A DNA stretch of 64,000 nucleotides from NCBI RefSeq assembly GCF_009914755.1, contig NC_060927.1; one strand, 5' to 3'. The notes under the pieces were generated by a model that did not search any database, was not told where the DNA came from, and saw nothing but the letters and a program-made list of their open reading frames with translations. This DNA comes from the human T2T-CHM13v2.0 reference genome, Homo sapiens. The translations under genes were made by a program, and so were the position numbers. Of this stretch, positions 1-15,834 are shown piece after piece. Every line of letters begins with the position of its first letter. The stretch's first letter is position 1.

Positions 1-489
1 ATTTTATTAGCCCAATCAGGCAGACAAAGAGAGTTTACAAATCCGTGATACTAACTTCTGTTATCAAGAACAGTAATAACTTGCCTCAACATGCCTGTAA
101 TTAATTCAACTAACATTGATTGTCTATTACATGCCAGACATATCTGGCAAAAATGAAAAAACAACGTAGAGAGAACCTGGTATAAATTAAACTAAAAAGT
201 TCACTGTTTTATCTGGCTTGTTATTTTTAAAAGGATGAAACTGGAACACAGGAAAGTTGTTTAGTAATAAGACCCATTTGCTATATAAATAAAATATCTT
301 ATATATGTAAGAAAAACACTAAAATCAAGCAGATGAGGACAGCCTGCCTTAACAGGCCTTAAAACAGGAAGAACAAATTGCCAGACTAAAAAAAGGGCTT
401 ATCTTCATTCATAAATGCAAAATAAAATGGCAATGATCTTTTCTGCCTACCAAATTAGTCAAATTAAGATTTATTAACAATGTATGGAG

Positions 490-1390
490 TCTCTTCAACA
501 ATGGTGCTGAGACAACTGGATATCCACATGCAAAAGATGAAGGTCTATAGACCCCCATCTCACATTATATATAAAAATTAACTCAAAATTGATTAACAAC
601 CTAAATATGAGATTTGAAAACATAAAACTCTTACAAGAGAACATAGGGTTAATCTTTGTGACCGTGGATTTGGTAATGGAACCTTAGAAATCATAAATGA
701 TGAAAGAAAAAAATCAATTAGACTCTAACAGAATTAAAACCTTTTGTGCACCAAAGGGCATTACCAAGCAAGTGAAAAGACAGCCTACACAATGGGAGAA
801 GGTATTTGCAAATCATACACCTGATAAGGGTTTAATATCCAGAACATTTAAAGACTCTTACAACGCAACAACACAAAGAGAAACAACCCAATTAATGAAT
901 GTGTGAAGAGCTTGAATAATTTCTGCAAAGAAGGTATACAAGTGGCCAATTAGCACACGAAAAGATGCTCGACATCATTAGTCCTTAGGGTAATACAAAT
1001 AAAAGCTATAATGAGAGATTACTTCACCACTACAAGGGAAGTGTCTAATTAAAACAAAACAAAAAACAAAGTAACAAGTGGTGGCAAGGATGTGGAGAAA
1101 CTGGAACTCTGGTACAATGCTGGTGGGAAATGTAAAATGGTACAGCTTCTGAGGAAACTTTTAGTGGTTTCTTAAAAACCAACCATAGAATCAGCATCTG
1201 ATCTAGCAATTGGGTAGGTAAATATGCACTGGGTAGGCATATTCCCAAAAGTGAGAGCAAGGACTTGGACACTTGTATGCCAATGTTCAATGCAGCATCA
1301 CACACAACAGTCAAAAGGCGGAAAGAAACCACGTGTCTATCAGGAGATGAACGGATACACAAAACGTGATAATATACACACAATGGGTAT
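490..1390 (+). mobile_element. Old L1 (L1MB-like) fragment, ORF2 3' part
   Basis: Typical L1 motifs (ctcttcaacaatggtgctg, aatgggagaaggtatttgcaaatcat, caaggatgtggagaaactggaac). Degenerate ORF2-like peptide at 697-906. Confidence 0.85.
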
Positions 1391-1392
1391 GA

Positions 1393-1703
1393 TTTTTTTT
1401 TTTTTTTTGAGATGGAGTCTCGCTCTGTTGCCCAGGCTGGAGTGCAGTGGTGCAATCTCAGCTCACTGTAACGTCCGCCTCCCGGGTTCAAGCAATTCTC
1501 TGCCTCAGCCTCCCAAGTAGCTGGGATGACAGGCACCTGCCACCATGCTCAGCTATTTTTTTTTTTTTTTTTTTTTTGTATTTTTAGTAGAGACAGGGTT
1601 TTACCATCTTGGCCAGGCTGGTCTTGAACTCCTGACCTTGTGATCCACCCACCTTGGCCTTCCAAAGTGTTGAGATTACAGGTGTGAGCCACTGCACCCA
1701 GCC
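1393..1703 (-). mobile_element. Alu (AluS-like)
   Basis: Poly-T followed by gagatggagtctcgctctgttgcccaggctggagtgcagtgg, with an expanded middle T tract. Confidence 0.95.
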
Positions 1704-1976
1704 CTAGGAATAAAATTCTTAATCATGCTAGAAGATGGATGAGCCTTTAAAACATTAAGTGAAATTAGCCAGACACAAAAGGATAAATATTGCATGATTC
1801 CACTTAAAAGACTAGTAAGTTATACATATTTTACCAATAAAAAATATTCCAAAAAAGCTTTTAAAAATGCATGAAAACTGGTCCTCTCACACTGCTGTTG
1901 GATATACAAATTCACACAAACTTTAGGGAAAGTAATTTGGCAGTAAATATCTAGAGCTTTAAAAATGTCTAAACTT

Positions 1977-2280
1977 GGCCAGGCACAGTGGTTCACACCT
2001 GTAATCTCAGCACTTTGGGAGGCCGATGCGGGTGGATCGCGAGGTCAAGAGTTCAAGACCAGCCTGGCCAACATGGTGAAACTCCATCTCTACTAAAAAA
2101 AAAAAATACAAAAATTAGCCGGGTGTGGTGGCCCATGCGTGTAATCCCAGCTACTTGGGAGGCTGAGACAGGAGAATTGCTAGAGCCTGGAAGGTGGAGG
2201 TTGCGGTGAGCCTAGATTGCGCCATTGCACTCCAGCCTGGGCAACAGAGTGAGACTCTGTCTCCCCCTCCTCAAAAAAAA
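1977..2280 (+). mobile_element. Alu (AluS-like)
   Basis: ggccaggcacagtggttcacacctgtaat... to A tail. TSD-like gtctaaact on both sides. Confidence 0.95.
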
Positions 2281-2486
2281 GTCTAAACTCTTTGACTTAG
2301 TAATTCTAGAAATCTACCCTAAGGAAATAATTTTAAAAGCCTATGTTTTAAGGTACTCTCATAAGGTGTTCTAAGGTTTTAAGATAGTCTTTTGAACACT
2401 GCTTCTATTTGGTAAATCGTGGAATATTTGAAATACCCAAAGGTGTCAGAATTGTTAAGTAAAAAATGAAAACTCTATGAGATTGA

Positions 2487-2815
2487 GGCTGGGCATGGTG
2501 GCTCATGCCTGTAATCCTAGCACTTTCGGAGGACGCGGCAGGCAGATCACCTGAGTTTAGGAGTTCGAGACCAGCCTGGTCAACATGGCAAAACCCCGTC
2601 TCTACTAAAAAAAAAAAAAAAAGAAAAAAAATACAAAGATTAGCTAGGTGCGGTGGTGCATGCCTGTAGTCCCAGCTACTCGGGAGGGTGAGTCAGGAGA
2701 ACTGCTTGAACCCAGCAGGTGGAAGTTGCAGTGAGCAGTGAGATCACGCCACTGTACTCCAGCCTGGGCAACAGAGCAAGACTATCTCAAAAAAAAAAAG
2801 AAAGAAAGAAAAGAA
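2487..2815 (+). mobile_element. Alu (AluS-like)
   Basis: Full dimer with A/GAAA tail. TSD-like tatgagatt on both sides. Confidence 0.95.
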
Positions 2816-4129
2816 AATTATATGAGATTATCATACAGAAATTTAAAATTATCAGTACGAACAGTTTATAAATTATATGGGACATTGCTTATGACAAAAC
2901 ATTAAGTAAAAAAGGGAAGATGAAACACATAAAAAATGGAAAGAAATGTCTGAAAAATTAATCTCTGGGGTGGGATCATGAGTGCCTTTCTCTATCGCTG
3001 CTTCTTTATTCTGAATTATACTTTTCCAGTTGTTGACAAGGAATACACAGTGGCGTTATTAATATAAATGCAAGGGGAAGGATGGGAGATCCATTGTGAA
3101 TATTAACAGAAAAACAATTATTATGATCTTTAAGTGTCATTCTCTAGAAAACAAACTGAAAATGTATTTCACACTCTGGACTCCTGTTACCTGGATTTAT
3201 TATTTCCTGTAGAAAGAGATTTTTAAAGCATTGGATTTTGTGTTTTCTCTTTCTTTTCAATGTTCCCAGTCTGGGATGATGAAAAGTTCTGAAGATTGAG
3301 AGTGATGATACTTGCACAACACTGTGAATGTACTTAATGCCACTGAATTGTACATTAACAAATGGCTAAAATGGTAAACTTGATGTAAACTTTAACACAA
3401 TAAAAAAGTATATTACGAATAAAGCCTCCGTGGGTTTAGCTTGGGACTCCAATCACCATTTATATATTGTTCCTGGAGAAAAAAAATTCTGAATTCCACA
3501 TTATGAGCTCAAAATTAATAACAATCGTAACTGATACTCACTGCAATATTTACATGGCCTTCTAAGAATGTTTGAAAACCCATAGGTTCTGACTTCTGAT
3601 TTATGAATGCATAAGAAAAGCGTGGTGGTTTTGTAAGAACTGTGCTTGGATCAAGTGGATATACACATGGAAAAATCAAACAAATACTGATTCCTACCCT
3701 TAAACTATACATAAGATTAATTTCAGCTGGTTTGCTGACATAATTGAGAGAAGTAAACAATATAAGGCTTCTAGAGGATGATATGGTAGAGTATCATCAC
3801 AACCTTGGTGCAGATGACCTCCTGAATAGGAAAGTGCATGTTGCTGAAGCTCACGCAGGGTGAGGAAAGCATCTGTAGGCAGGGAGTGGAAGGGAGGCAA
3901 TAGCCTGGCAAAGGGTGCTGGAGCCTCAGCATGGTGACGAGGGTGTCTACATGGACAAAGCCGTGGCGGCAGCCTGTGTGTGGTTGGAACCCAAGTGAGA
4001 CAGATAGCATCTATGAGGCAGTAGCTGCAGTCTGGCATAAGGTTTTGTGCTGTCAGTGGACTAAATGGGATCTTCTGGAGCCTGAGCAGCGTGAGAAGGG
4101 CGTCCAACTAGGGCAGCAATGATGACAGG

Positions 4130-5515
<1,386 letters not shown>

Positions 5516-7619
5516 TAACGTTATTTTTAATTCAATTTTATTCTAGTTTAAAAACAACTTTACTGAGGTAGAAGTGATATAAAAAACTGCACATATTTAA
5601 GGTATAGAATTTGATGAGTTTGCACATAGGCATACATCTATGAAGCCACTGCCATAATCAAAGTAACAAACGTATCTATCACCTCTAAAAGCTTCCTTGT
5701 GCCTCTGTTGTTTTTTGTTTTGGTTTGGTTCTTTTAAGGACACTAAAGTTTATTTTTTAAGTGTTTGAAAATGTCACAAATGTAATATGTTTTCTTATTA
5801 ACAGTCTCCAGCCCTAACAATAGGATAATAGCTGATTAATAATCTACTTTGATAGCCAAAATAAGACAAAAGTACATGCTTATGTCAAATTTCAAAGCAA
5901 AGCACAAAAATTTTCTCCACTGGGCAGGTGCTCTCCAAAACCCTTTATGATAAACCATGAATCCTTTAATGTTACATTTTAATCCCACTTGTAACCCTCT
6001 GTCTCTGAGCCTCTTCTAGAATCACCTTCTTTAGACGAGGATGTGAATACCATTTAAAAAAATTCCCAGTTTACAGCATCTTAACCCATCCCCCTCTCTA
6101 CAGGGCACTGACCAAGTTCCTTGAAGAACATAGGCCCCTGCCTCTTCCTTAAGGCCAACACCGCTGAGAAAGTCAACGACGCATCAACACACACAATTCC
6201 CTAATCACAACTGATAACCAATTCTGGTAACAAACAATTACAGAACAACAAAGTAATTCATTTAGTTCACTTGAAACAAAAATGCAGCTCTAAACAAATA
6301 ATAATCAAATGAAGGCTGACTGATGAGGAACAGCAAAGATATCAGATCTGATCACAGGATGCTTTGGGCAAAGGTTTTAGAGCAGGGTAAAACTCCGGGG
6401 AGCTGTATAAGATTCTAAATTAGAAAATGTCAAACTTAAGATTCTAACATAAATAATGAAGCAGCAATATACAGTAACCATTATATTTTGGTTATTACAG
6501 AATTCAGTATGGCATTTTAAACTTGAAAAATCTTATATAACTATTTCATTAGACAGTGACTGTTATGCCATCATCCTTGTTTTGCTCCATTTGTATCACT
6601 CAATAAGATCAGATCTAAAGTTTTTCTGTTGTTGTTTTAAAAAAAATCTTGACCATGTGACTAGCAACGGTCTCAGTTGTTTCTATCCACAGCAACATCA
6701 TGGAATCATTAGCCTCTGAGGCTGCCTTCAGAGACTTGTTTCCATGGCAACAGAGGCTATGATATTAACACCGTCACAAGGAAATTGTAAATTTCTACAA
6801 AATTGGATATATTGTACATATTTTAAAGTACCTTTTAAAAACCAGTATCAAATGGATGGCTATCTGAACAAATGTTTAAAGTGATTTGTTTTTAGAGATT
6901 AATTTTCTCTATAGCTTTATATGTTAAATCTAATTTAAGATCTTAAAATTATAAAAGCAGCACTTAAAACAGATTTTCATAAAGTGGTCTGAACACTCAC
7001 TACATACAGCCATTTGCATCTGTTCTGCACATCCACATTTATGACCATGTACCGCCCTCCCTCACTTTGATTCATTGAAAAATAAATGTATATTGAATGA
7101 GCCTACTACTTTTATTAAAGCCTTTTCTGCTTAAAGCACTCAAGTGGTTTTCATTATGTGCATATGAACCCTGATTAATACAGGAAGAGACAGAAGGGAC
7201 AATTAGGAGTTTACTGTAATAATCCAGCTGAAAGGTTATTGGTGGCTTAAACTGAATGGTGGTAATGGACATATGAGCAGTCAAATCAAGACACATTTTG
7301 AATGTAGAGTTGGTATATCTTGGTGACTGATGAGAAGTCTGGAGTGAGGAAGGCCTATTAACACTCACAATAGCCACTAAAAATGATCTTTTATACAAGA
7401 GTTCGACTCAGGTATAAAAGAGTTGCAAGGCTATCTAAATATATTTAAAAACATTTTCTCACTAATTTATTAAAATGACTTTCATAGCATAAGATGCAAC
7501 TCCAAAGACGATAAATGAACATACTATCTGATAGCTAATAATGCTTATATTTTACATTAACACGTTATATGAAGGGGGTAAACTGACCTAAGAATATACA
7601 CAAAGATTCACTACTGTAT

Positions 7620-8780
7620 CTTTTTAATTCAACTTTTATTTTAAGTTCAGGGGTACATGTGCAAGCTTGTTACACAGGTAAACTTGTGTCACTGGGATTT
7701 GTTGTACAGATTATTTCATCACCCACATATTAAGAATAGTACCCATTTAGTTATTTTTCCGGATCTTCTCCCTCCTCGTACTCTCCACCCCTCACACCGG
7801 CCCCAGTGTGTTGTTCCGCTCTATGCGTCCACCTGTTCTCATCACTTAGCTCCCACTTATAAGCGAGAACATGCGGTATTTGATTTTTTGTTCCTGCATT
7901 AGTTTGCTAACGATGACGCCCTCCAGCTCCACCCATGTTTCTGCAAAGGACAAGATCTCATTCATTTTTATTGTTGCATAGTATTCCGTGGTGTGTATGT
8001 GCCACATTTTCTTTATCCAGTCTACCATTGATGGGCATTTAGGTTGACTGCATGTCTTTGCTACTGTGAATAGTGCTGCAATGAACCTAAGCGTTCATGT
8101 CTTTATAACAGAACAATTTATATTCCTTTGAGTATACACCCAGTAATAGGATTGCTGGGTTGAATTGTATTTCTGTTTTTAGGTCTCTGAGGAACCACCA
8201 CATTGTCTTCCATAATGGTTGAACTAATTTACACTCCCACCAACAGTGTATAAGTGTTCCTTTTTCTCCACAAACTTGCCAGCATCTCTTGTTTTGATTT
8301 TTTTTAAAGTAGCCATTCTGAATGGTGTGAGATGGTATCTCGTGGCTTTGATTTGCATTTCTCTAATGATCAGTGACGCTAAGCTCTTTTTCATGACTGT
8401 TGGCCACTTTTGAACAGTGTCTGTTTACGTCCTTTACTCTCTTTTAATAGGACTGTTTTTCTCTTGTAAATTTCTTGAAGTTCCTTATAGACGCCGGATA
8501 TTAGACCTTTTTCAGATGCACAGTTTGCAAAAATTTTCTTCCATTCTGTAGGTTATCTGTTCACTCTGTTGACAGCTTCCTTTGCTGTGCAGAAGCTCTT
8601 TAATTAGATCCCACTTGTCAATGTTTGCTTTTGTTGCAATTGCATGGTGTCTTCATGATGAACCCTTTGCCTGTTCCTATATCCAGAATGGTACTGCCTA
8701 GGTTGTCTTCTTAGGTTGTCTTATAGCTTTGGGTTTCACATTTAAGTCTTTAATCTATCTTGAGTTAATTTTTGTATGCA
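7620..8780 (-). mobile_element. 5'-truncated primate L1 3' end (L1PA/L1PB-like)
   Basis: ttttattttaagttcaggggtacatgtgc...tgctgtgcagaagctcttt. ORF2 C-terminal remnant WIKKMWHIHTTEYY. Confidence 0.92.
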
Positions 8781-9951
8781 CACTTCCATATTTTTAGAGA
8801 AAATGAGATATATGAATTAGCAAATCTTTTGGTACCAATATCTTAGATGGCAAGGAAAAGTATCAACTGTCGTGTCACTGTGGGTTAGTAAGGATCTTAT
8901 TTTGGTTTTGTATGGCATAATTAATATTCCTAATCTAAGTTCTTTGGTTCTTTGTTTAAAGATGTATTATGCTGTAATGTGGCATGTTTCTCTGATTAAA
9001 TGTCAAAGAAGCTATTTAAAAGTAAGAGAGAAACTAAAAAAAACTGCAAGCCTTTTGAATGTTTATAGAAGGATAAAATATAGCACAGTAGATTTATAAA
9101 AACTCTGCTTAGGAATCACTGTACTCAACGGGGGCCCAGTACCTTCAGAAAAAGCTGATTTTTATGGTTTAAATCTGTTTTTTTATTCAAATGTCCTTTG
9201 GTCCTGTCACTGCAAACAGGTATCTTTCACATAAGCCGGTATAGTAAAAAACCAACAATATGTTATTTGAACCAGCTTCATATGACTTCCATGTCATAAC
9301 TATCTCACAAGCAAACAATTATAAAACTAAACACATTTTTAAACAAATCACTAAGGGTATTAAAATCATTAAATTTAAAACTAAACAAGGTAAATAGGAA
9401 AACAGATCTAGCAATTAATTCCATTACAGAAACATGAGTACAAGTGTGTTAGTTCACACAGACAGATCATCTAGTTCATGAATCTATCTCTACCTGTGAG
9501 ACTCACAATATTCAGTTAAGGTTTCTCATCCCTCCATTATGAAAAGACAGTATTCTATCAGCATTCAGATGACAATCTTGTCCTAGTAAAGGATGAGCCA
9601 AACACGAAACATTTCAAAGTAAACAGACACTAAAACTTCAATATATGGTTACATAATTGACAAATGGGGATAAAATTACCAAATGCAATAATGTGCTTTT
9701 TTACCTGATTTTTATCAGAATGTGGCTAGAGAAATAAGCAAAACCACAGACTTCATGACTAATAACCTAAAATGGGCCCTTAATGCTTCCCAGTAATCAG
9801 ATTTGCCTTGTATTATTCACCCTCTACAAGTCTGTAAGGATTCAGGTCCCTGTTATCACTCTCTCAAGTTGCCTTCTTCTATTTCCCCCACACAAATACA
9901 CACATTTTCTATTGTTTCTTTCCTTTATTTTTCCTCCAGAATACCATATAC

Positions 9952-10240
9952 ACTCATACGTCACATATCAACATTTTGGTTAATGATGGTCCACATGTAT
10001 AAAATTATAATGGAGCTGAAAAATTTCTACTGCCTAGTGATGTCATAGCCATTGTAATGCTGCAGTATAATGTATTACATTTGTGGTGACGCTGGCGTAA
10101 ACAAATATACCTCACTGCCAGTTGTACAGAAGTATAATACATATAATTATGTACGGTATATAATACTTCAGAATGATAATTAACAACTATTTTACTGGTT
10201 TGTATATTTATTATACTATACTTTTTATCTTCTGTATAAT
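9952..10240 (+). mobile_element. Tigger3-like DNA transposon fragment
   Basis: ataatggagctgaaaaatttctactgcctagtgatgtcatagcc resembles the Tigger3 consensus as recalled. Confidence 0.7.
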
Positions 10241-11189
10241 TATATACAAAAATAAATATACACCGTATTCCCATTAACTGACATGTGACTGCATTTTGGT
10301 TAATTATATTTATTATCTGTCTTCTTCTACTTAGAGCAGATTTCTGTTCTGTTCACTCCTATATGCCCAGTGCCTAGAAAAGTGCACACAGGAAGTATTT
10401 AATATATATTTGTTGAATGAATAAAACCATGCGACTGTCAAAAGAAATCAACTTAATCAGCACTCTAAAATGACTTGGGCAATAGATTGGGTAGGTACAG
10501 TCTTCCTTCCCCTACCCACTTTCATGCAATATACATAGTAGACATTGCTAAAAGGTTATTTCTGTGTTTCTGGGCAGCCACCACCAATCAGAAGGTGTTC
10601 AAGATGTTTTACAGTTTGATAACCTTAGAACAGAAGTTTCAAAATGTAAAAAATTGCCAGTTTCATGTTGTTCTCTATCTAGCAATAATGAATTGCCTAA
10701 TAATGTCCCATTTGAAAATAAACATGTCTTGGTCAAGCATATTTGCTTAAAATATTTTCATCGCTTTTCTATTCAAACTGCATTAGGAAGTACAACTTCT
10801 TACTGAGGGCTCATATTTAAAATCCATGGTGCCCTTCCTCTGAGGTTCCACTAATTTCAGCTTGGGTCCTTTGTTCCCCTACAGGTAGCTACTTCTGTAA
10901 GTTAGTCTCGATTTTACCTTGGCATTCTCATTTTGCCTTTCCAGTTCTCCAATACTCATCTAACCAATCCCATGTAGTGTATTTTTATTGTTAGTTGCTG
11001 TGGTTTCTGTTTCCCTGGCTGCACCCTATTAAAGTTACCAACCCTCTAGCTAAAACATGGTTGCTTCTCCGTATCTCTAGATTCCTCATTTAAAGGTCAG
11101 AATATTTTGTTGAAATGAAAATGATGGTGGTGGCGGTGGTAGTGGTGGATAAAAGGGTAGTTGATAAAGATGATGATGACCTCACTGAT

Positions 11190-11400
11190 GTAATTAATGT
11201 ATTATAATAAGTGCTTTGCACATATTGTCTCATTTAATTCTCATTAAATTTTGAAAAAGATAACACTTTCATCCCCATTTTCTACAGATGAGGAGACAGA
11301 CTCCGCATGGAGGTAATTTGCCCAAGGTGGCACAGGCGATATGGCAGAATATAAATTTAAATCCAGGTCATCATCCTCTAAAGATGGTACACTTACCCAG
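11190..11400 (-). mobile_element. MIR
   Basis: MIR core ccccattttctacagatgaggagacagac...ttgcccaaggt. Confidence 0.8.
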
Positions 11401-11526
11401 TACTCTTTACTTATCTCTTTAAAATAGTTCAAAAAGAGATTTTGTCTTTATTGTTACCACTACATTTTACTGCAAAGACAATATATATTACCTGTAAAAA
11501 GAAATACATACTGCATCAATCCTTAG

Positions 11527-12030
<504 letters not shown>

Positions 12031-14044
12031 TTTAGCTGCTTTTAAAAAAGGAGAAAGAAAAGGCTAAATAAGTCAATGAAGAAAATAGAAAATGGCTTTA
12101 AGACACCTAAGTTAACTTTTACTAACTATAAATGGTTTAATTCTGTTGCAATTCTTAGTCTACAATAAAAATAAGCCAATTCTCTCTCCCCAAAAACCAT
12201 GGAAGCGACAATTTAAAAAACAAGGAAACAAGATATACATATGGAAATTTCAAGTTTCACCTACAGTTCTTTAAAATATCTTTAATTAAAAAGTCTATAT
12301 AATAAAGCTGTGCTCTTACAACTGAAAAAATTTTGCCTCTATACTGAATATAGCCTTCCAGTTTGGAAAAAAAGTGATTAAAATGATATGATTTTTATTC
12401 TCTTTTCTTTGTTCTCCCTTCAAAATCCTGCTATGGTACTTAGTTTGGCTAAAGCAATTAATTCTTAATATTGATATGCATCTTGTTTGTTTTCTTTCTA
12501 TCTTACAAAATACTTTCCAACTGATTTCTTTCCAAATTTATAACCCTTTGATACATCAGATCATCCTACCAAGATTAGTCAGATTTATATACAGATAAAT
12601 GAGGGTGGGATCTGTTTTAATTTAAATGCCAGTTTATTGCTCTTGAACGTGGCTGTTAAAAAAAAATTAACAAATAATTAAACACCAGGTTATAATCCCC
12701 AATTCTTTTTCTCAGAACAACAAAACAACACAGATTGTAAAGCAATCATTTGGTTCCACTCTGTCACAGCTGTAACTTCTTCACATTTCAAAGCTGCTCC
12801 AGTCAAGAAGTCAGAGTTTTGATTTCACAGATACTGAAAATACTGTTCAGAAATGCTACCAAATTGGGGCTTAAAGGAAAAAGAATGAATAGGAAGTGCT
12901 CCTGTTACGAAGTGAGGAGGGAAAATCTTTTAAATAAATGCCTGGAGGGGCAAGTTGCGTGTATAGGCTTCTATAAAATTCCACTGCTCCCAGGTGGCAC
13001 TGCCAGTTGGTTTGTATTTGCATACGCCTGTTAAAATTACCACATCAGTTGGTTTAAAGTTTTCTTTAAAAGGTGGTAACTGTAGGCTACTGTTCTCTAC
13101 ATAGTCTGAACAACTATTTTTACCTTTATCAAAATTCTAAACTTTGCTATAAAAATGGAGGGCTGGAAATGTTATCTAAATAATAGTGCCAGGAAGTACA
13201 AGGAATAATTTAAGAAAATTTATTTAAAGAGACTGATACTAAGTAAAATTTTCATGATAAAAATTTAAGTTCTTCAGATATGTAAGAGTATAAATGCTTC
13301 ACAATTTTTTCACAGAAGGATCTGAATTACTTCTGAAATTCACAACTTTACAAAATCTGGTAACATAGACTTGCTAGTTTTTAAGCCATAGTGTTACATA
13401 AAAATGGCTTGGGAAATTTACAGTGATCCAACAATATTTAGAAGTTCCAAACTTCCACTTCGTCAACAGCAGATTAAATAAAAATTAACACCTGTATAAC
13501 ATCTGTTTATTCATTCAACAAATATTTATCAAGTGCATTCTCCATGCGAGGCTCTGGGGATACCAAGGGAAAAAACCACACACCCTGTAGCATCAGCTCT
13601 TGTGAAACTTACAGTTTAGTGGCTGACATTAAACAAAATCATTATCCAAATGACTACTGAATTAGAGTCGTGATAAGAGGTATGAAGTACAATTCTCATG
13701 CAAACAAACATTACTTGAAAATACAGGAGAAAAATGTTGCTCAGGCTGACTTGCCCTGATCCCATAAGCATGGTTCAGTCACTTTTCAGCACTGTTATTA
13801 ACACATTATTTTAAAGGTTAACTTTAAAACTTCTCTGAATATATTTAGAATATATAAATTATAGCCTGTGAAACTTCTTTTTGCCTATCTATCCTTGACA
13901 GAAACGCCATCTAAACAATCAAGACACTATACAGAAGCTACAAAGAAGAATAAAACACATTTCCTAACTATAAAGACCTTATATCATAAATTTCAAATGT
14001 CTTCAAGCTAAGCCAATCTAATCTACATTAAGACACCAATTTTA

Positions 14045-14717
14045 TAGTTTTTAATAGACTTTATATATTTTTTTAGAGCAGTTTTAGTTCCCATATGCCC
14101 CCTGCTCACACACATAAACTATCCATAATCAACACCCCTGCATTTCTAATGTACATTTGTTACAATCAATGAGCCCACACTGCCACATCACAAAGTCCAT
14201 AATTTACATGAGAGTTGACTGTGGGGGGGCTGGATATTCCATGGGTTTTGACATGTGTTTAATGACGTTTCCGCCATTATAGTATCATACAGAATGGCTT
14301 TACTGTCCTAAAAATCCTCTGTGCTCTATTATTTATCCCTCTCACCTAACCCCTGGCAACCACTGATCTTTTTATTGTTTCCATAGTTTTGCCTTTTCCA
14401 GAACGTCATCTAGTTGGAAACAAGGGTGTGTATCCTTTTCAGGTTGGCTTCTTTCACCTGGTAATATTCATTTAAGGTTCCTCCATGTCTTTTCATGGCT
14501 TGATAGCTCATTTCTTTTAGTGCTGGGTGATATTCCATTGTCTGAATGCACCACACTTTATCCATGCACACACTGAGGAATATGTTGGTTGCTTCTAGGT
14601 TTTGGCAATTATGAACACAGCTGTTATAAACATCTCTGTACAGGTTTTTGGGTGGATGTAAGCTTTCAATTCATTTGGGCAAATACCAAGGAGTACAACT
14701 GCTGGATCGTATGGTCA
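14045..14717 (-). mobile_element. Old L1 (L1MC/MD-like) 3' fragment
   Basis: cccctggcaaccactgatc, ggttggcttctttcac, ataccaaggag...gctggatcgtatgg. Confidence 0.8.
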
Positions 14718-15834
14718 ATTTTGTAATTTAAAAAAGCTTATATAACCATTGTAACCAACTACTTTTGGTTTAATCTTCATCTCTATGCTTTTCTAGAGTG
14801 TCCTATTGAACAAATGATATAAATTTTATTTTTATTTTTTATATTATTTTTTATTTATTTTTATTTATTGTACAAATGATAAAAATGTGTTGAAACAGTG
14901 TTTAAGAACCAATTTTTGAGTCAGTACATGTAGGTGCACTGTAAAAGTTTCCAGAAAAACAGAAACATAAAATAGATCCTACAATATTTTTTGTGTCAAA
15001 GGGGGAACAATTGATTTCCAAGTCTGAGTCATCATATTAATTTCGCAAAGTTAGTAGCCTTTTGAGTAGAAAATTAAGAAACAAATGTGTCTGCCAAGGG
15101 TCAGCATCTCACAGCCAGTACAACAGCGTTTCCATCCAAACTGTGAATGTTTGGGGAGTCAATACCAAAGGAGACTATTTCCACCAATTTCTCTGGAAAA
15201 TAACCTATCAATTAGAGTCAGTATTTTCAAAGCAGTTTAAGAAGATTGTCTACCTACCCTATACGTAGTCTACTTTTTAGTACAAAAGCACTACACTAAT
15301 GAATATGAACAATTCCATTCCTTGGAGATGAAGAAAAAATATTTTATCAAAACACAATTATCATTACACATGAGACAAAATGAATGTGGTATGTACCGAT
15401 AACACGGTTAGGTCAATCAATCTAGGATGGTCCAAGATGGAGATGTCTTGGTGTGAATTTCAGACCTGTTGCCTGGTGGGAATAGTCAGAAAATAAATGG
15501 TTATAACAGAGTGACCCCATATGCCTCTATTTACTTGGGAAGTCTGTATTTATGCCTGTTGTCTCACTTTAATTATTAATGATTCCCTCTTTTCATTAAA
15601 GTATCCTAGTTTGGTCTGAGTTATATAGTTATCCCAGTTTTGAGGAAATTGAATTCTCTTCTCTCCCTACCTCATTTCCTTGTGTGTATTTCTTCTCAGA
15701 GGGCAAGTAAGAATCATCAGTTAGAGAACTATTACAATGCTAAATAAAGTGTGATGCGTGCTTCACAGAAAGTCTAAGGGAAAAGACAGACAAACACACC
15801 TGCTTGGGCCCTCCTTAGCACAAGTTCGTATGTC

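Noticed and set aside
1045-1536. 163-aa ORF and the other Alu-overlapping ORFs (e.g. 4645-5028, 28722-28952, 44140-44456, 47545-47818, 58058-58389)
   Set aside because: Translations are typical Alu-derived peptides ([19 protein letters not shown]) and are not genes.
3700-4122. GC-richer block with overlapping ORFs up to 135 aa
   Set aside because: No recognisable protein or convincing splice sites. Lies next to old L1 3' UTR sequence and is probably repeat-derived or chance.
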